IMG/VR virus record: IMGVR_UViG_3300044712_001937
Coordinates: 124,001 to 188,000 of that record
Direction: 5' to 3' (one strand)
Length of the DNA: 64,000 nucleotides
Each line of letters begins with the position of its first letter. Position 1 is the stretch's first letter. Under the pieces are notes generated by a model. The model saw only the letters and a list, made by a program, of their open reading frames with translations. It made no database searches and was not told where the DNA came from. Below, one piece after another: positions 1 through 11,251 of the stretch. A program made the translations under genes and the position numbers.

Positions 1-1315
1 TGGAAATTCTTGTATTAATGAAGAAGAATTTTATGATAATTGTAAAGCTGCTGCATTTATTGCTACATTACAAGCAACATATACTGATTTTAAATATTTA
101 AAACCTGAAAGTAAAAAAATATGTGATAGAGAAGCGTTATTAGGTGTAAGTATTACAGGTTTTATGAACAATCCACAAATATTATTAAATCCAGATATTC
201 AAAAAAAAGGTGCTAAAATAGTTAAAGAAATAAATAAAGAAGTTGCTGAAATGATTGGTATTAATCAAGCAGCAAGAACTACTTGTGTTAAACCTTCAGG
301 TAATGCATCTACATTATTAGGTACTGCATCAGGAATTCATGGTGAACATTTTAGAAGATATTTTAGAAACGTTCAAGTTAATAAGGATGATGATATAGGC
401 ATTTATTTGAAAAAAATAAATCCTAAAATGTTTGAAAATTCAGTTTGGAGTGCAAATAATACCGATTGGGTAATTTCTTTTCCTATTGAAGCTAATGTTA
501 ATAGTATATTTAAAGATGAATTAGTAGGAACTAAATTATTGGAATATGTTAAATTAACTCAACAAAATTGGGTTGAAGAAGGAACTAATGTTGATTTGTG
601 TATTGAAAAATCAATTAGACATAATGTAAGTAATACTATTATCGTAGATAATTGGGAAGAAATTGAAAATTACATTTTTGAAAATAAACAATGGTTTTCA
701 GGAATAAGTTTATTACCAATGACAGGAGATAAAGATTATAATCAAGCACCATTTACTTCAATTTTAACATCAAAAGAATTAGTGAAAAAATATGGAGATA
801 TTGCAATGTATGCATCAGGATTGATTGTTGATGGTTTAAATGCATTTAATAATAATTTGTGGTTAGCTTGTGATATTCTAAATGGACTCGGTGAAAAAAT
901 TGAATATAATGAAGAAGATGTAAAAAATGAATTAATGAAATTAACTCCAAGAGAAGCTTGGAGTAATTTAGGTTTTAAAAACGGAACGTTAGATATTCTT
1001 TCAAAAACATTTATTAAACCAGAAGTTGAAGAATATAAAAGATATATGGATTCAACATTAATAGGTAGTGTACATAATTATGCATTAAAAAAAGATTGGA
1101 TTCGTAGAGCTAAACAATTTTCTGAACGATATTTTAAATCAATCAAAGAAATGACTTATTGCTTAAAAGATGTTAATAATTATCATAAATGGATTGAAAT
1201 TAATAGAGAATTGAAAGATGTTGATTGGGAAAATATAGTTGTGAAACCTAAATATACAGATATTGATACTACAGGAGCAGTTGCTTGTAGTGGTGGTGCT
1301 TGTGAATTAACATAA
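1..1315 (+). CDS. Ribonucleotide reductase catalytic subunit, C-terminal part (5'-truncated by window; class I vs II not resolved)
   Basis: Frame open from base 2 (GNSCINEEEF...REALLGVSITG); TCVKPSGNAS motif; C-terminal redox pair ACSGGAC. Confidence 0.9.
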   Translation, partial: GNSCINEEEFYDNCKAAAFIATLQATYTDFKYLKPESKKICDREALLGVSITGFMNNPQILLNPDIQKKGAKIVKEINKEVAEMIGINQAARTTCVKPSGNASTLLGTASGIHGEHFRRYFRNVQVNKDDDIGIYLKKINPKMFENSVWSANNTDWVISFPIEANVNSIFKDELVGTKLLEYVKLTQQNWVEEGTNVDLCIEKSIRHNVSNTIIVDNWEEIENYIFENKQWFSGISLLPMTGDKDYNQAPFTSILTSKELVKKYGDIAMYASGLIVDGLNAFNNNLWLACDILNGLGEKIEYNEEDVKNELMKLTPREAWSNLGFKNGTLDILSKTFIKPEVEEYKRYMDSTLIGSVHNYALKKDWIRRAKQFSERYFKSIKEMTYCLKDVNNYHKWIEINRELKDVDWENIVVKPKYTDIDTTGAVACSGGACELT

Positions 1316-1335
1316 ATATAATACTCAAATAGTTA

Positions 1336-1368
1336 TAAAAATCCTCTTAATATTTAAGGGGATTTTTT
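1336..1368 (+). terminator. Intrinsic terminator
   Basis: aaaaatcctcttaa-tat-ttaaggggattttt hairpin followed by U-tract. Confidence 0.8.
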
Positions 1369-1469
1369 ATTGTATATTAATTTGAATATATGCAAATAAA
1401 GCTATATTTGATATGTAACAAATTAATAATATCTTCGTACTTTATTTTATAATTAAAATATTAATATTT

Positions 1470-3506
1470 ATGTATCAGAACTGGATAAATTCAAGAGGTT
1501 TACGAACATTAAATTACCAAGAAAATGCAGTAACTAAAGTCAATAATAGTTTAGAGGAACAGGAAATAACTGTTTTAGCTGCATGTCCAAGTGCAGGAAA
1601 AACTATTATGACTATTCTTATTATGGATGAGTATCTTAAACAAAATCCAAATCATAAGGTAATGGTTTTAACACATGGAACAACTGTTTTACGTACTCAA
1701 TTTTATGATGTGCTTAAAGAAGTTAAACCTGATTTTTCTTATAATCTTGTTGAAAAAATTTCACAATATGACCCAAGTGTAGGTGCTAACATTTGTCTTC
1801 CACAAACTATTGCCGGATATAAATTAAATAAAATCGATTTATTGATTGTAGATGAAGCACATCAATTCTATTATGGTGAAAAATTAATTAAAGATATTAT
1901 TAAACAAACTCATCCTAAAAAACAATTATTACTTACAGGTTCACCTTCACCATTTATCGCTAAAAACTTACCAATAATTCCAATTACTTTAAATACCATT
2001 TATGATGAAGGAATGGTGTCAGATTTATATGTTGAAATCGCAACATCATCATATCAGTTTGATTTCACTGATGATTATAATCAGGATGATGAATTAAAAT
2101 CAACAGTTCATTTTAAAGACAGTGATACTAAGAAAACATTGGATGACCTTGTTGAAAAAATTGTAAATAGACTTAAAAGCATAAAAGGAAATGATTTAAT
2201 TAATTTCACGGGTTGGCTGCCAACATTAAAACATTTGCAGAAAACAATGATTGCTTGTAAATCAATTCAACAAGCAAATCAAGTTGAACATTACTTCAAT
2301 AAGATTGGAGTGAACTGTCTTAAATCAACTTCTGATACTGACGTAGATAGTAATAACATTCAACAATTTAAGGATGATAAGAATTGTTTGGTTCTTATTG
2401 TAGTTGGTCGTGGAATATTAGGATTTAACTATTCTGAACTTGTAAATGTTGTTGATATGACAGTTAGTAAAAATATTGATAGAGTTTATCAATTACTTTG
2501 TCGTGTTATTAGAATTCATCCCAAAGGTGAAAAGAAATTATTTATTAAAGTTGCACCAAATATTCATAGCGATTATTTTAAATATTTCATGACTGCTGTT
2601 TTATCTATGTCAGAAGCTGAATTTTTTACTAAATATAATGGTAAAAATTTCAATGATATGGTGATTCCGGTTATTAAAACCGATAATAAAAGAATTAAAA
2701 ATTCTGATGATAAAATTTCGGATAATAATAATTCTAACAAACCTAAGAATAAATTTAAATCTGTTATTTTTGAAGGTTTACCAGTATTCAGTTTTTTTAA
2801 AGATTTATATCATAAAAAAGACGATATTCTTCATATCTATGCTCGTACTACTATGAGAGATGTAAGGGCAGAATTTATGAAAACGATGCCAAATGGATAT
2901 TGGACAAAAGAAAAATGTATAGAAAGTGCTAAAAATTTTGAGAAGCTAAGTGATTGGTTTAAAAATGAGTATAATGCATATGATGCTGCATATAGAAATG
3001 GATGGTTAAATGAATGCTGCGAAAATTTAATTGTTAATAATAATAGAGGTTATTGGACTAAAGAAAAATGTATAGAAAGTGCTAAAAAATATCAAACACA
3101 ACAAGAGTGGATTAAAAATGAAGAAACTGCATATCAAGTTGCAAGACGACATAATTGGTTAGATATCTGTGAAAGTCATATGATTAAAAGAAATATCTGG
3201 AGTAAAGAAAAATGTATAGAAAGTGCTAAAAAATATCAAACTAAAGGAGAGTGGATTAAATATGATAAAAAAGCGTATCAAGCTGCAAGACATAATAATT
3301 GGTTAGATGATTGCTACTTTCATTTAAGTAATAAAATTAAATCATCAGGTTATTGGACTAAAGAAAAATGTTTAAAAGAAGCAAAAAAATATAAATTAAG
3401 AAATGATTTTAAAAATTATTCTGGAGGCGCATATCAAGCTGCACGAAAAAATGGTTGGCTTGATGAAATTTGCCAACATATGAAAAGACCAAATAAAAAC
3501 TCTTGA
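1470..3506 (+). CDS. SF2 (DEAH) helicase with C-terminal tandem repeats
   Basis: Walker A-like CPSAGKT, DEAH, TGS, motif VI-like QLLCRVIR; four (GY)WTKEKCIESAKK repeats. Confidence 0.85.
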   Translation: MYQNWINSRGLRTLNYQENAVTKVNNSLEEQEITVLAACPSAGKTIMTILIMDEYLKQNPNHKVMVLTHGTTVLRTQFYDVLKEVKPDFSYNLVEKISQYDPSVGANICLPQTIAGYKLNKIDLLIVDEAHQFYYGEKLIKDIIKQTHPKKQLLLTGSPSPFIAKNLPIIPITLNTIYDEGMVSDLYVEIATSSYQFDFTDDYNQDDELKSTVHFKDSDTKKTLDDLVEKIVNRLKSIKGNDLINFTGWLPTLKHLQKTMIACKSIQQANQVEHYFNKIGVNCLKSTSDTDVDSNNIQQFKDDKNCLVLIVVGRGILGFNYSELVNVVDMTVSKNIDRVYQLLCRVIRIHPKGEKKLFIKVAPNIHSDYFKYFMTAVLSMSEAEFFTKYNGKNFNDMVIPVIKTDNKRIKNSDDKISDNNNSNKPKNKFKSVIFEGLPVFSFFKDLYHKKDDILHIYARTTMRDVRAEFMKTMPNGYWTKEKCIESAKNFEKLSDWFKNEYNAYDAAYRNGWLNECCENLIVNNNRGYWTKEKCIESAKKYQTQQEWIKNEETAYQVARRHNWLDICESHMIKRNIWSKEKCIESAKKYQTKGEWIKYDKKAYQAARHNNWLDDCYFHLSNKIKSSGYWTKEKCLKEAKKYKLRNDFKNYSGGAYQAARKNGWLDEICQHMKRPNKNS

Positions 3507-3549
3507 TTTTTAATTTAAAAAATATTAATTTTGAATTTATTATTAAATA

Positions 3550-4146
3550 ATGATGTATTATTACAAACTTTCTATAATTTATAGTTATACTTTATTAAGT
3601 ATAGGTTTTATTTATTCTTATTGGTTTAATATTATTTCTATGATGAAAAAAATATATACTTTTTATTATAGAAATTTGTTAATTGAAAAAATTAAAGATT
3701 TTATCTTAATGCAAATATATTATTACGCATATGATAGTGAAAATTATTCATTAAAACATATTAACAATCCATTTGTGAATTTTTATTCAGATATTTTAAA
3801 TAAAGGTTTTGAATTTAATTATATTAATGAAAATTTATTAAATGAAACTATTTTTAAAACATATTCTAAAGAATTTAATTTTTTTATTTTCACTAAAAAT
3901 CATTTTAATACTGCAATGAATCATTTAATTGCTGATAGGTATCTTATGCGTGATATTTATATTAATGATAATGGTGAATTATCAGATAAAAAAATATTAA
4001 TAACTAATAAAGGAAAAAAACATCATTTAGATGGATTATCATTTGAAAGAAATTATAAACAAAGAAAATTACAAAAATTTGCATTATATATCGCAATATC
4101 AAGTTTTATAATTGCAACATTAAGTTTTTTATTAAAAATTAATTAA
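3550..4146 (+). CDS. Hypothetical membrane protein
   Basis: ORF with hydrophobic N- and C-termini; start uncertain. Confidence 0.5.
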   Translation: MMYYYKLSIIYSYTLLSIGFIYSYWFNIISMMKKIYTFYYRNLLIEKIKDFILMQIYYYAYDSENYSLKHINNPFVNFYSDILNKGFEFNYINENLLNETIFKTYSKEFNFFIFTKNHFNTAMNHLIADRYLMRDIYINDNGELSDKKILITNKGKKHHLDGLSFERNYKQRKLQKFALYIAISSFIIATLSFLLKIN

Positions 4147-4149
4147 CTC

Positions 4150-4401
4150 ATGTCTAAACTAATTGGTGGAACAGTACATCGCTACGAAAAGTATAATGGT
4201 GATGAAGATAAAGCGTTAAATCCTATTATTGTTAAATTAAATTTAGATTTCTATGAAACTAATAATAAATTAGCAAAAATTAGAAGAGATATTGATGAAT
4301 TCCAAAGTAATTGTAAGCATGATTATTATTTAGTTTATGAAAGTCCTGCTTATGATGATTGTTATAGATGTATTCATTGTGGAAAAGAAGAATGGTTTTA
4401 A
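4150..4401 (+). CDS. Hypothetical protein with C-terminal Zn ribbon
   Basis: CKH...CIHCG. Confidence 0.6.
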   Translation: MSKLIGGTVHRYEKYNGDEDKALNPIIVKLNLDFYETNNKLAKIRRDIDEFQSNCKHDYYLVYESPAYDDCYRCIHCGKEEWF

Positions 4402-4503
4402 ATTAAAGAAATATTTTTAATATAATACATAATTGTTTAAACTTTTTAATGTTTGAAACTATTTATATGTAAATAAGAATTACAAAATAAACGTTTCTAT
4501 ATT

Positions 4504-5073
4504 ATGGAAAGAAAATTAGACAAACATGTAATTAATTCAGGTGATAAATTCGGTAGACTTACTGTAATATCATATACTGATAGAATAGATAAAAAGGGTG
4601 AATATAAATGTAAATGTGATTGTGGAAATATTACATATGCAAGAACTCATTCATTAAAAACTGGAAAACATAAGTCTTGCGGATGTTTAATGAAGGAAAG
4701 TGTTGCTAAAAGATTTACATTACCCGATAATCAAGGTTTAATTAATGAATTATATAAAAATTATAAAAGTTCTGCTATTAATAGAGGTTATGAATTTTTG
4801 TTATCAAAAGAAAATTTTAAAAACTTAATTTTTAATAATTGTTATTATTGTGGTTCTGAACCTTTAAAAAACATTTCTTTAAGTAGAAGAAGAAAAATAA
4901 TTATTAACGATTTTAAATATAACGGAATTGATAGATTAAACAATGAAACAGGATATACATTAGAAAATGTAGTTAGTTGTTGTTATATTTGTAATAATGC
5001 AAAAAACATTTTAACTGAAAAAGAATTTTTAGAATGGATTGAAAAAATATATTCATATCAAAAGAATAAATAA
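4504..5073 (+). CDS. HNH-type homing endonuclease
   Basis: FGRLTV/CKCDCG/SCGC N-domain; CYYCG...GIDR.NN..GY...NVVSCCYICN. Confidence 0.85.
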   Translation: MERKLDKHVINSGDKFGRLTVISYTDRIDKKGEYKCKCDCGNITYARTHSLKTGKHKSCGCLMKESVAKRFTLPDNQGLINELYKNYKSSAINRGYEFLLSKENFKNLIFNNCYYCGSEPLKNISLSRRRKIIINDFKYNGIDRLNNETGYTLENVVSCCYICNNAKNILTEKEFLEWIEKIYSYQKNK

Positions 5074-5156
5074 TTATTTTATTTTTACGTTTATTTGAAA
5101 TAAAGTAACAAATATTAATAATTTTCGTATTTTTGTTAAATTTAAAATTTATATAT

Positions 5157-6623
5157 ATGATATCACCTATTTTAAGTTCGATTAATAAGTTTAATGAAAA
5201 CAATTTTATTCTATTAACTGACAGTTATAAACTAACACATTGGAAACAATATCCCAAAGGTACTACGAAAATTTATTCTTATCTTGAATCCCGTGGTGGT
5301 GAATTTGAGTCAACATTATTTTTTGGATTACAATATTACGTAATTAAATATTTGATTGATGTTCAAATAACTATGGATAATATTGATGAAGCTGAATATT
5401 TAAGTGGAATTCATTTTGGTACTACTGCTAATTTTAATCGTCAGGGTTGGGAACATATTGTTAAAAATCTTAATGGTAAATTACCACTTAAAATTAAGGC
5501 AGTTAAAGAAGGTACTTTAGTTCCAATTTCAAATATATTATTGAGTATTGAAAGTACTGATGAAAAATGTTATTGGTTAACTAATGTGGTTGAAACTTTG
5601 TTACTAAAATTATGGTATCCTATTACAATCGCCAGTAATTCTTTTTATTGTAAGAAAATGATTAAAGAGTGTTTGGAAGAAAGTGGTGGAGTTACTGCTG
5701 GATTACTTTTCAAACTTCATGATTTTGGATATCGTGGTGTTAGTTCCGAAGAAACTGCAGGTATTGGTGGTATGGCTCATTTAGTTAATTTCTTAGGAAC
5801 AGATACTTTAAAAGGCATTGTTTATGCTAACAATTATTATAAATCTGGAGTTTGTGGTTATTCAGTTCCAGCTTCTGAACATTCTGTTGCATGTAGTTTC
5901 GGAAAGGATTTTGAAGATGAATATTTCATGAATATGCTTAAAACATATTCTTCAGGAATAGTTTCAATTGTTTCAGATACTTATGATGTATTTAATTTCG
6001 TAAGTACAATGAGTAATAGGCATAAACAAGCTATTCTTGATAGAGATGGATGTGTTGTATTTCGTCCTGATAGTGGAGATGCTATTGAAGTTTTATCGAA
6101 ATTAATTGATATACTTTGGGATTGTTTCGGTGGTACATATGTTAAAGGATTTAAATTACTTGATTCTCATGTAAGGTTAATTCAAGGTGATGGAATTGAT
6201 AGAAAAACTTTATTGTTAATTATGAAAATGTTAATTAGCAAAGGTTATTCGATTGATAATATTGTATTTGGTTCTGGTGGTGGTCTATTACAAAAATTCG
6301 ATAGAGATACTTGTAAATTTGCAATTAAAGCGAGTTATGGTGAAAGAATTGTTAATGGAAAACTGATAAGTTTTAATATCAGCAAAGACCCTATTACTTC
6401 TAAAGGTAAACGTTCTAAAGCTGGAATGCTTAAACTTATAAAAACAACAGATGATAATTCTTTTAGAACTATTAGTTCTGCAGATATGACAAAAGAAATG
6501 TTTGATAGTTATGAAGATGAACTTGAAGTTGTTTTTGAAAACGGAGAAATTTTGCGTGAACAAACATTTGATGAAATTCGAAAATTATCTGAAAAATATT
6601 TAGAAATATTAATGAAAAATTAA
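5157..6623 (+). CDS. nadV: Nicotinamide phosphoribosyltransferase (NAMPT family)
   Basis: LTDSYKLTHW, LHDFGYRG, PASEHS, SDTYD, RPDSGD, IQGDG, GSGGGLLQK. Confidence 0.95.
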   Translation: MISPILSSINKFNENNFILLTDSYKLTHWKQYPKGTTKIYSYLESRGGEFESTLFFGLQYYVIKYLIDVQITMDNIDEAEYLSGIHFGTTANFNRQGWEHIVKNLNGKLPLKIKAVKEGTLVPISNILLSIESTDEKCYWLTNVVETLLLKLWYPITIASNSFYCKKMIKECLEESGGVTAGLLFKLHDFGYRGVSSEETAGIGGMAHLVNFLGTDTLKGIVYANNYYKSGVCGYSVPASEHSVACSFGKDFEDEYFMNMLKTYSSGIVSIVSDTYDVFNFVSTMSNRHKQAILDRDGCVVFRPDSGDAIEVLSKLIDILWDCFGGTYVKGFKLLDSHVRLIQGDGIDRKTLLLIMKMLISKGYSIDNIVFGSGGGLLQKFDRDTCKFAIKASYGERIVNGKLISFNISKDPITSKGKRSKAGMLKLIKTTDDNSFRTISSADMTKEMFDSYEDELEVVFENGEILREQTFDEIRKLSEKYLEILMKN

Positions 6624-6698
6624 ATATTTACGTATTTATATGAGATATTGTAAATATTAAAATTGAAATAATAATTAATTGTAAATAAATTAAACTGT

Positions 6699-8972
6699 AT
6701 GACTAAAAATTTTGTGAAACTCGATGAAAACTATTTTTTAACTACTCAAGTTATTAATAGTAATGTAACTGTAGAAGTTACAAAAAAAACCAACCATATC
6801 TTCGTGGTTGACGTATCTGGCTCAATGAGCTGGGAATTGAATAAAATCCGTACTCAACTTAAAAATAAACTTTCGAACATCATGAAAGATGGCGATACAA
6901 TTTCAATTGTATGGTTTTCCGGTAGTCGTGATGCTGGAGTTTTAAAAGAAGAAGTTGAAGTTAAATCACTCAAAACATTAAGTGACCTTAACGATGCTAT
7001 CGATAAATGGTTACGTCCTGTTGGATTAACAGCATTTTTGAAACCATTACAATTGGTTAAAGAAATTGTTGGTCGAATTAAAACTAACCGTCCCGATAGC
7101 GTATTCTCAATGATTTTCCTTACAGATGGTTATAATAATGACTGTCCTTGGAATGATGTTAAGAAAGCGTTAAAAGACCTTGAAAATGATTTTGCTTCTT
7201 CAACATTCGTTGAATATGGTTATTATGCTGACACTCAAAAATTGACCGAAATGGCTTCAATTATTGGTGGTGAAAAAATCAGTTGTGATGGATTTGATGA
7301 TTTTGAACCTATGTTCGACAATAAAATCTCACAATCAGCAAAAGGTGGAAAGAAAACTTTGGTTGAAATCACCGATAAATATTTGTATGATTTTGCATTT
7401 TCAGTTGCTGATGGTAGTATCATATTATATGGTATTTCCGATGGTAAAATTATGGTTGGTAGCAATATTAAAGAAATTCATTTCTTTTCTTCCAACGAAA
7501 TTGGTAATCCTAAAGGCAAATCCACTGTTGAAGATGATTCAGCACTTTATGGCGCAATCTATGTGCTTGCTGACAAACTGATGAATGACGATGCTGAAAA
7601 GATTTTCTACACACTTGGCGACCAATTTTATTATCAAATGTTGGCAAATGCATTTGGAAAACAAAAATTAAATGCGTTTAAAAATGCAATTAAGGAATGT
7701 GTTAACGATACTGCCAAAAGATTTCCAAATGGTAAAAGTCCAATTCAAAAAGTCGATGATAACGCATATTGCTTTATGAATTTAATTTCAGATTTGGGTG
7801 ATATGGGATGTATGTTCTATCCAAATCACGATGAATTTAATTACAATCGTATTGGAATTAAACGTGTTGCCAGAGGTAATGATTTATCAGATGCCGATAA
7901 AAAACGTCTTACCGAAGCTTCTAATGTTGAAGAAGCTGCTAAAATTGTTGAAGAACTTAAAGAAAAAAATGTTGAAATTAAATTTGTTAACAGTAATCCT
8001 GACAGGGGTTATTATTTAACTGATTTAGTTTGGAATGAAGCTCGTGCAAATCTTTCAATTCGTATATATATTGAAGGAGAAGCAATTCTTCCAGAAAATA
8101 AATTCGGTATTGATAAAGTTGGAAGTTTTAAATACAACACTTTTACGATTGTAAAAGATGGTATTTTAAATGTAAGCAAAATTCCGGTAAATTATTCTGA
8201 TGAATTATTGGCATTATTACAAAAAAATAATGTTTCATATCTTGTATCAGGTATACAATCAGGTACTGATAAATCCGATTTACGTATAATTATCGATTTA
8301 TCTTCAATTCCTGTTATCAACAGAGGTATGGTAAAAGCAATTTCTGCAAATGATTTAGCTAAAGCTGAATGGGATTTATTGAAACTCCAAGGAGATAAAA
8401 AAGTTTATGATTATTATCGTAAATCATTATTTCCAAAAACCAGCAAATCATTTCTTGAACTTGGTTTATCTCAGGAATGTGTTGACTGGTTAAAAGAAGT
8501 AGGTATTACTGATTTTAATGGTTTTGCACCTAAAACCGATGCTGCAGAATCAACTGATTTTTATATGTCAGTTAATCTTGAAACTAAAATAAAAGGTTTA
8601 TCATCTTTACCTAAAGTTGAAGATGTTGTTGCCAAAATTAAAGATGGTAAAGCATTGAAACTTAATGAATGGATAATGGCTGATGCAATTAAAAAATATC
8701 AGGCACAACTTGAATCTGATATATATAAAACATTACCGGAAGAAGGTCAAAAGGGTATATTAAAAACATATCTTGAAACCAAATCAGAAATCCTTAACAA
8801 ACAAAGAAGAAAAGCTTTGCAGGAAATTGCGCAAATTAAATTTGCACTTATTCTTTCAAAGAAATGGTTTAAAGAATTTAAATCATTCGATGAAAACAAA
8901 TTAAGTGTTAAATTCGATGAACAAGATTTGGAATTCACTTTCGATATGAGTGAAAAAGAAGTTAAGATTTAA
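6699..8972 (+). CDS. vWA domain protein
   Basis: MIDAS DVSGSM, conserved T, FLTDGYNN. Confidence 0.85.
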   Translation: MTKNFVKLDENYFLTTQVINSNVTVEVTKKTNHIFVVDVSGSMSWELNKIRTQLKNKLSNIMKDGDTISIVWFSGSRDAGVLKEEVEVKSLKTLSDLNDAIDKWLRPVGLTAFLKPLQLVKEIVGRIKTNRPDSVFSMIFLTDGYNNDCPWNDVKKALKDLENDFASSTFVEYGYYADTQKLTEMASIIGGEKISCDGFDDFEPMFDNKISQSAKGGKKTLVEITDKYLYDFAFSVADGSIILYGISDGKIMVGSNIKEIHFFSSNEIGNPKGKSTVEDDSALYGAIYVLADKLMNDDAEKIFYTLGDQFYYQMLANAFGKQKLNAFKNAIKECVNDTAKRFPNGKSPIQKVDDNAYCFMNLISDLGDMGCMFYPNHDEFNYNRIGIKRVARGNDLSDADKKRLTEASNVEEAAKIVEELKEKNVEIKFVNSNPDRGYYLTDLVWNEARANLSIRIYIEGEAILPENKFGIDKVGSFKYNTFTIVKDGILNVSKIPVNYSDELLALLQKNNVSYLVSGIQSGTDKSDLRIIIDLSSIPVINRGMVKAISANDLAKAEWDLLKLQGDKKVYDYYRKSLFPKTSKSFLELGLSQECVDWLKEVGITDFNGFAPKTDAAESTDFYMSVNLETKIKGLSSLPKVEDVVAKIKDGKALKLNEWIMADAIKKYQAQLESDIYKTLPEEGQKGILKTYLETKSEILNKQRRKALQEIAQIKFALILSKKWFKEFKSFDENKLSVKFDEQDLEFTFDMSEKEVKI

Positions 8973-8994
8973 ATTTGTTAAAGAATAAATATTT

Positions 8995-9025
8995 AAAATC
9001 CCGGCAATTAGTCGGGATTTTTTTG
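8995..9025. terminator. Bidirectional terminator between convergent genes
   Basis: aaaatcccggc-aatta-gtcgggattttttt. Confidence 0.8.
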
Positions 9026-9028
9026 TAT

Positions 9029-9307
9029 TTATTCTTCTAATTTCTTAGTCTCATCGTTTTTCGTTTTATTCCAAAATAAAGTAATAAATTCAGATGTTAT
9101 TGCTCCTATTTCAAATAATAATAAAATAACAGTTGCATATAATACATATTTATTTATTTCTTCATTATGTAAAGTTCCACTAACTGAAGCTTTTACTTGC
9201 ATATATAAAAAATATACCGTTGCATAAGTTATTAATCGTTTACTACTAGCAGAATCTCCTTGGTCTTCAAAAAAACCTGCAATCCAAATTAAAAATTTTT
9301 TTATCAT
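9029..9307 (-). CDS. Small 2-TM membrane protein (holin-like)
   Basis: SSKR motif followed by two hydrophobic helices. Confidence 0.55.
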   Translation of the reverse strand: MIKKFLIWIAGFFEDQGDSASSKRLITYATVYFLYMQVKASVSGTLHNEEINKYVLYATVILLLFEIGAITSEFITLFWNKTKNDETKKLEE

Positions 9308-9378
9308 AATTTTAAATTATTAATTAAAGTTATTATTATCGATTAATTATTTTCATATAAAATTGTGTTTGTAATTTT

Positions 9379-11247
9379 TCACTTCTTTACTTTTATTTTA
9401 CATAATTTACTAAAATTGTTACTATCCATTGTTTCCGTATATGTTTTACTATCTATTTCTTGATTTTCAATATTTAATATCTGCCAAAATATATTACGTA
9501 CACGAGTTTGTTTATTTTCTGTAATTGTTATTATAATTTTATTTCCATTTTTTTCATAAATTGTGGAATTAATATGTTTTACATTTACAGAACTATAACT
9601 AATTTTTTGAGATACTGAAAATGTTGTATCTTGTATAGAAGGACTACTACCAGAAGTTTTAGAAGCATAAAGAGTATTACCATATAGACCCATATTTATC
9701 CTACTACCATTTGGTGTAGGTTCTAAAGAATAATCGTCTGAAGGGTTACCTGTATCTATACATGGACTTGTAACTAAATCTAAAGTCCATCCAGTACCAT
9801 TCCAATGTCCTGCTGTAGATTTTAAATGATAGTCTAATGTTACTGTATTTACAAACTGAGGATTTGATGAAATATTTCCTGTACCTGTAGGAATTGAAAA
9901 ACTATTATTATAAAAATCTGAATAGGTATTTGAAAATGTTCCGCTTGTTGGGTAACCCCTTACTTCATATCCATAGCTATTTGAACAATTACTTATTATC
10001 GAATTTGTAATTACATTTCCCACATCTGTCATTTCATAAGGAAACCAGATAAACCTACCAGACCCAATACTATCAAATACGCAATTTTTAATTACATTGT
10101 TATTTGCATTCCATATCTCAATCCCAGAAGCTGCCCCTACAAATAAACTATTAGATATAACATTACCGCTACAAGTCTGCACCCCTTCAGGACCTTCAAT
10201 AGTATTCTGTATAGTTATAGCATTTAAAGGTCTTAAAACTGTTATATTATCAAATTTATTATTATATGCTCCATCTCTAATATCTATACCTTGGCTCCAT
10301 CCCCCCGGTGCGTCTATTGTAGAAATTGCTGTACAATTTAAAAATACATTCCCATAAGATTCATGGGCAACATAAAAATACTCTCCCATATCATAGGCAG
10401 TGCAATTTATAATACTATCTCCTGTACTGTGCGGATTTGGATAAGAACCATTTTTATATTCATCTTTAATTCCAATACCATGCCCTGGTGCACCATATGT
10501 ATAAGGATGTAAATTATATGCCTGACAATTTCGGATAGTGGTATTTTGTACATCTTGTAAGTTTATATGATAATCAGAAGATTCATATACCCAACCCACA
10601 GCAAAACTTTTAGTATTTTCTACCAAACAATCATGGCTTTGTCTCACTATTAAATTTACCATTCCTGCATCAGTAACTGTACAATTCCTTATTGTACAAT
10701 TATATGAACCATGTATATAAAGTCCTACTCCATCAGAATTAACAAAACCATTGGTTGTAGTGTGTACATTTTCAAATGTTACATGATGGGTATTCCAAAC
10801 CCAGATACCAAATACAGCACCTTTAATAGCTATATTCTTAAAATCCACATAAGGTGTGAATGCATCTATAACATCTGCAGAACCATTTGCTCCCTGAATC
10901 ATAGGAATAAGATTCCAATTTATAGAATCGTTGATGCGTAAGAATGGATTATAGTTTGGATTAGGAGTGTCTCCGGGTATTTGATAATACCCTTGAAAAA
11001 CAATATGAGCATTTGCTGTACCCGTACCGCCAACCATAAAATTCTCGTTTTGGTATAAACCAGCCTTTATGAAAATTGTATCTCCTGCTGTCCTTCCGAT
11101 AGAATTAGCATAAGTTACTGTCAAAAATGGAGTACTTGTAGATAAACCATCATTAGAATTACTTCCAGTTTTAGCAACATAGTAATTTGTAGCGTTTATA
11201 ACTAAATTACTAAGTATAAGAAATATTGAAATTATTACTTTCTTCAT
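9379..11247 (-). CDS. Secreted right-handed parallel beta-helix (pectin-lyase fold) protein
   Basis: Signal peptide MKKVIISIFLIL; YYVAKTGSNSNDGLS..PF.T; beta-helix repeats; SPCIDTG...RINMGLYG C-terminal motif. Confidence 0.8.
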   Translation of the reverse strand: MKKVIISIFLILSNLVINATNYYVAKTGSNSNDGLSTSTPFLTVTYANSIGRTAGDTIFIKAGLYQNENFMVGGTGTANAHIVFQGYYQIPGDTPNPNYNPFLRINDSINWNLIPMIQGANGSADVIDAFTPYVDFKNIAIKGAVFGIWVWNTHHVTFENVHTTTNGFVNSDGVGLYIHGSYNCTIRNCTVTDAGMVNLIVRQSHDCLVENTKSFAVGWVYESSDYHINLQDVQNTTIRNCQAYNLHPYTYGAPGHGIGIKDEYKNGSYPNPHSTGDSIINCTAYDMGEYFYVAHESYGNVFLNCTAISTIDAPGGWSQGIDIRDGAYNNKFDNITVLRPLNAITIQNTIEGPEGVQTCSGNVISNSLFVGAASGIEIWNANNNVIKNCVFDSIGSGRFIWFPYEMTDVGNVITNSIISNCSNSYGYEVRGYPTSGTFSNTYSDFYNNSFSIPTGTGNISSNPQFVNTVTLDYHLKSTAGHWNGTGWTLDLVTSPCIDTGNPSDDYSLEPTPNGSRINMGLYGNTLYASKTSGSSPSIQDTTFSVSQKISYSSVNVKHINSTIYEKNGNKIIITITENKQTRVRNIFWQILNIENQEIDSKTYTETMDSNNFSKLCKIKVKK

Positions 11248-11251
11248 ATTA

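Noticed and set aside
4973-10941. Short overlapping or antisense ORFs (4973, 6288, 7235, 7264, 7798, 8747, 10097, 10711) and similar ones elsewhere
   Set aside because: Nested in or overlapping well-supported genes; no motifs.
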